From: a virus
Lineage: Duplodnaviria; Caudoviricetes
Virus record (IMG/VR): IMGVR_UViG_3300037882_002064
Location: 1,423-65,422 of that record
Length of the DNA: 64,000 bases
Direction: 5' to 3' (one strand)
Every line of letters starts with the position of its first letter. Positions within the stretch are counted from its first letter, which is position 1. The position numbers and the translations under genes are program-made. The notes under the pieces are model-generated. The model was not told where the DNA came from. It saw only the letters and a program-made list of their open reading frames with translations, and made no database searches. Shown here in pieces: positions 44,601-50,600 of this stretch.

Positions 44601-47600
44601 AAGGCGTCAGAAACGATTGCCCGGCTATCCGAGAGCGATCCGAAGCACACCATTGTACAGCGCGCCATTCAGATCGTGCGGCAGATCCTTCGCAAGCTGG
44701 GCTTTACTGTTCAGTTTTCCAATAACGACATTATCGAAGCCTTCCGCAGGGCCAAGCTGGCGCTGCAAGAGGGCCAGCAGTACGCCGGACAGGGAGAGAG
44801 GGGCGGTCTGTTCAGGATCAAAGACGATAACGGCGCAGGATCACCGATCTGGCGCGCAGCGAAGAACAAAGGCCTCGATCTGTCCAAGGATGCCAGGCTG
44901 GCCCGCGCGCGCGACATGGGCTTTGATACCGATACAGTCTGGTATCACGGCACCACCGACAACATTGCGGCCTTCGAGGACAACCCGAGCCGCAGCTTTG
45001 GTATTCATGTTGGCACCAAGTTGCAGGCAAATAACCGGCTGTTGGATCGCGCCCGGCACGACCGAGCGCACACCGGGTCAACCGTGCCGATCACGCGCAG
45101 CCAGGTAGCGGCTCCACAAGATGGTGCAAATGTGATTCCAGTTTACATAGCAGCCAAGAAACTCCTGAAGTTGCACGATGTTGGCCCTTGGCATCACGGC
45201 CCGACCGTGGCCGATGCGGTACTTAAATCGCAATTCGCGCCAGAGTCTTTGCGTGAGGCGGCCAAGAAAATCAAGGAAGAACTGGCTGAAGCTGGGAAGG
45301 CTATGGCGAAAGGCAAGGAACTGGACGCCAAAGGTATGCCAACCGCAGCCTATAAGAAACTTCGTGGCACCCACGGTATGCTGACAGAAATGGCGGCGGG
45401 AAGATTGCGCGATGCGATGATCGCCGCTGGCTACGATGGCATTCAGTACGGCAACCGCTTCGAGGGCAAGAAGCAAGGTACTGTTGGCGCAGACTCGATC
45501 ATTGTGTTCGATCCTGCCAAAGTGCGCTCGATCAATGCGGTGTTCGATCCCGAAGCGGCCCGTAGCAGCAGCATACTGTTCCGCGTCGAAGATGCCGACG
45601 AATTCAAGCTGACTAGCAGCCTTGCGCCTGAATTCTATTCAGAGCTGACCGCGGCGGCCCGCCAGTTGAAGCAGGAAAAAGGCACTCCCGAGCAAATGCT
45701 GAACGCCATCAAGAAAATGGGTGGTGTGAAGGCAGAGGAACTTGAATGGTCTGGCCTCGAAGAATACATGGCCGGGATCAGCGGCACGATCACCAAGCAA
45801 GAGATCGTGGATTATCTGGACGCCAATGGTGTGCAGGTTGTAACAATTTCCAAGGAAACGCCAGAAGCATGGGTATCCCGAGCCAATGCTGTGCTGGCAG
45901 GAACCGGCTATACCGCAGAAATGGACGACTACGATAACGAAAATGTCGTCTTTATGGATAGGGACGACGAATCCTGGGAAATGGGAGACTTGCCGCCCGA
46001 GTTGCAGACAAAACTTGATGCCATTGTTCCCAAAGGCGCGGCCGGGTCGGTCAAGTTCAGCGAGCATGTTTTGCCCGGAGGTACTAACTACCGGGAAGTG
46101 CTGCTGACGTTGCCAGCGAAGCCCCAGCGCAATTCCGTAGAATGGGCGACTGAAGCTCGCCGCCGTTATGCCGAGAAAGATATTACTCGTCTAAGCGAAG
46201 ATCAGAAAAAAATTATTGATCGTGCTGTTGGCGGGGTGAGTTACAACAAAAGCCACTGGGAAGAACCCAACGTCATTGCCCATGTTCGTATGAATGACCG
46301 TACCGATCCTGAAGGCAATCGAGTGTTGTTCCTTGAGGAAATACAAAGTGACTGGCACCAGGCAGGCAGAAAAGAGGGCTATTTAGGAACCCCTACGGGA
46401 AACACTCTATGGGATGAAGCCGATGCCGCAGAAGAAGCCACTCGCCCCGATGCTATCGACGAGATTGAATCGTATGGCCGGCTGGGCTTTGATCGGCTTC
46501 CTATGGCGATGGGTGCCATTCTTGACCATGAGGACTGGGCCGAGCGATGGGATGTGAAAGAGCGGATTGCCATTGAGGCTATCAACAGGTGGCGCACCGC
46601 CAAACTCGCGCAGGTAGAAGCATCTAAGGATAGGGCCATATTTGAGGCCCGAGTGCCAAACGCACCCTTCAAAAATAACGGGTGGGTTGAGCTGGCTGTT
46701 AAAAAGATATTGCGCCTGGCCGCCGAGGGTGGCTATGACCGCGTGGCATGGACGACCGGGGAGCAGCAAAACACCCGATACAACCTGTCTACCCAGGTTA
46801 AGTCTATAGAATGGAGCTGGGATCAGGACAGGGACAAGGGCTACCCTGACAGGAAAACTATTTGGATCGAGCCTGCGGGTCGGGATTTCAACAACACTAG
46901 AATTGTCGTTGACGACAAGGGCGTTGTACTCCGATCAAATGACGAAGGCGGCATGGATGGCTATTACGATGGTAAGCGCCTCGATGCGATAGTTGGGAAA
47001 GGAATGGCCGATAAAATTCTTGAGAATGCCAATGGCAATCTTGAAGGTGACGGCTTGAACATTGGCGGCGAAGGCATGAAGGGCTTTTACGACAATATCG
47101 TGCCGTCTACTTTCAAAAAAGTGGCCCGAAAACTTGATAAAAGCGCCAAAATAGAAGTGACGCCTATTGGTGACATACAGACCAATATCAATGGTTCGGT
47201 TCAGATTGATAATTTCCGCAAAGCTCAAAGTCTGGTGACGGCGCTTCGAGCGCGAGGCATAAGCGCAGCGAGAGCAAATACGGACAGCCTTCCCGGTGAC
47301 GAGGAAGGCGCTGTCATTATGCGATTTTATAACCTGACTTCAAATGAGGTAGAGGACGTTTGGAATCTGGTCGAGCTTGATTTTGGATGGAGATATAACG
47401 CCGAACCCGAACGAGAAATAATGGGCGGCCAGATGAGTATCGCGCTTACTCCAACCATGCAGGACTTGGCCATCAGTAAGGGTTTCGGCCTGTTCCGGGT
47501 CGAGGACGAGAACAAGAACCCTGGCACCCACAATGGCAAGCCATTCTGGATCGGCATGTACAACCCGCTCGATGGCTGGATTGAGGAAGCGCACACCTAC

Positions 47601-50600
47601 GAGGAAGCCCAGGCAAATGACTTCCACCATTCTTTCACCTTCAGCCAGACGGCGCTGGATCACGAAAAGGCTGGCGACTGGCGCATATTCTGGATCAACC
47701 GGGACAATGAGATTGAAGTCGAGTGGCGCGATCCGCGTCCCGAGGCGGCCCGGACACTGGCCCAGTTGCGGCAGAACGCCGGGCTTAATACCTCTGGTGC
47801 TTTCCGTGTGGAAGGTGAGGAAGCGGCTGAAGCGGGTGGACTGACCGCTGCCGAGATAAAAGCCTGGCGTCAGGCCCACAAGGTCACGCAGCGCCAGGGC
47901 CGGGTGCCCGAGATCCAGCAGGCCGCCAAAGACCTGAAAGCGGGCAACCTAAAGCCAGCGGCTTACCGGGCGCTGGTGAAGAAGTACCAGCCGATCATGC
48001 CGATCCGCACCGTGCCGAGACTGACCACTGTGCGGGAGATTGCCGCGGCCGTGGCTACCGACAAGGTGCAGAAGCATGGCATCTTGGGTTACAACAAGGA
48101 TATTGCGGCCGGCACTCGGGTAGCGACCAGGCTCGACATTCCGGCCTATGACTTCTACGACACTTGGGTAGTCACGATCCATGACGGCTCGAAGCGGGGC
48201 GGGAATGCGATGGCCTATGGCGATCATGCTGCCATGAAAAACGTCGAATTCGTGACCAACCCCAAGGCAGCACTGGATATTGCCACCGGAGACAGCTCCA
48301 AAGCGCCCTTTGCGCGCATTCACGGCGATTGGGTGCCCATGAGTGGGGAGCAGGCGCACGGTATGGCAGAGCGCGCCCTGACGGCTCCCGGCTGGACTCA
48401 GGTGGGTATGAACCCCTTCCGGCACAGCTACTTCTACGATAAAGCCACCGGGGAGCCAGTGGTATCGGCAGAACAGGTGATCCAGATCGGCCCGCTGGTC
48501 ATGGCCCGCAATGTGGTGAAGGGAGATCCTGACAGCTTCAAGGTTGGCAATACGGGAGTAGCATTCCGGGTCGAGGACGAGCTGGACACTGACGACTGGG
48601 GTGTTGCCCCCAGGAAACCCTGGCGCGCGGTGCTGCGGGACATGATCGATCGGCAGCGATTCCAGTACCAAGACAAGCTGATCGACCTCAAGCGCATCCA
48701 GGAGAACGCTGACCCGGCTGATTCGGCCAATGCCTACCAGAAGGCCAGCATTTGGGAAGGTAAGGCTGGGGAGCGCCTGAACGACTTTGACGAGCAGCGT
48801 ATACAGCCCCTGTTGCAGGCAATTTCTGACTCGGGGGTGGAGTGGGACACTGTTGGCAAGTGGCTGGTGGCCCGCCATGCCCATGAGGCTAACGCCTACC
48901 TGGCTGAGATCAATCCCGACATGGAGGGCGAGGATCGTTACCGGCTGTCCGGTATGTCCAATGAGGAAGCCGACGAGATCCTGGCCGAGAATGCCAACCA
49001 CCGTGGCCTGTACCTTGTGGGCGACCTCGTAGACCAGATCAACAAAGAGCGCGTGGATCTGCTGATAGCCGATGGCTTGATTTCCGAGGGGGAGGCCGCA
49101 GCGTGGCGGGGCCGGTATCAATTCTATGTCCCGCTGAAGCGCGAGGAAGCCGAGGACGCCAATCACCTACCTGGCCGCGGGCAGGGCTTCAATATCAAGG
49201 GCAAAGAATCCAAGATGCGAACCGGATCGGCGCACTGGACGCCGGGCAAGATCGTGGCCAACGTCATTGCCCAGCACCAGGCCAGCATCATCCGGGCCGA
49301 GAAGAACAAGGTGGGACAGGCGCTGCTGAGCTTCGTGCGCCAGCATCCTGACCCGACATTCTGGACTATCGATACTGAGCGCAAAATCAAGGTCGTGCGG
49401 AACGGCAAGGTAGTCACTGTCACCAAGGGCGTAGACGAGCCACATGAATTGTCCGTGAAGATCAATGGTGTGAGGCATTTTATCGCCTTCAACACCGGCA
49501 ATGAGCGGGCCATGCGCTTGGTCACTGGCATGAAGAACTTGCAGGCCGCTGAAATGGGCACTGTGATGCGGGCAATGGCTACGGCCACCCGCTATCTGTC
49601 TACGATCAATACAAGCTGGAACCCGGAATTCATCATCAGCAACTTTGCTCGGGATGTACAGACGGCAGCCTATAACCTGTCAGACACCGAGATTGTCTCG
49701 ATGCGCGGCAAGGTACTGAAAGACATACCCAGGGCTATCGGTGGGATCAAGCGGGCGCTGTTCAATGGCGGAGAAGCTCTCGATCCAGAGGACGAATGGG
49801 TACAGCTTTGGGAGGATTTCAGGAAGCACGGCGGCAGGACTGGTTGGATTGACATTCACGCTGATGTGTTGAAGCAGGAAACGAACCTCAAGGAAATGGT
49901 CGAGCGACTGGATCAGGGCAGGCCTTCCCGCAAGTGGTTCACTCGATTCCTGAAAAGCGTCGACAGCATGAACACTGTGATCGAGAACGGAGTGCGCCTT
50001 GCAGCCTATGCCAATGCCATCAAGCCAGTATCTGAGGGCGGCGGCGGGCTATCCAAAGACAAGGCCGCGGCGATGGCCAAGGATCTGACGGTCAACTTCA
50101 ACAGGAAGGGCAACCGCGGGGCGCAGGTAAACGCGCTTTATATGTTCTTCAATGCCAGCGTACAGGGCAACATGCGCTTGATTCAGGCAATGGTGAACAG
50201 CAAGCAGGGCCGCACCCTGGCGCTGGCTACCGTGGGCCTGGCTATCGGACTGGACATACTGAACCGGGCCATGTCCGGGGACGACGACGACGACGAGAAT
50301 ATCTACGACTCGATGCCGGATTTTGTGAAGGATCACAACCTGATAATCATGGGCGAGAAAGCGCCTATCGTGAAGATCCCGCTGCCGTGGGGCTATAACG
50401 TGCTGCACATTATTGGCCAGTCCATAGGCCAGGCTATCAGCGGCGAACGATTCAGCCCGCTCGATGCGGCCAGCCGGGTAGCACTGGGCCTGATGAACTC
50501 CTTCAATCCTATTGGCGGGGGCACCCTGGCACAAACCATATCCCCAACCATTATTGACCCGATCACCATGATTGCCGAAAACAAGAACTTCATGGGCACG

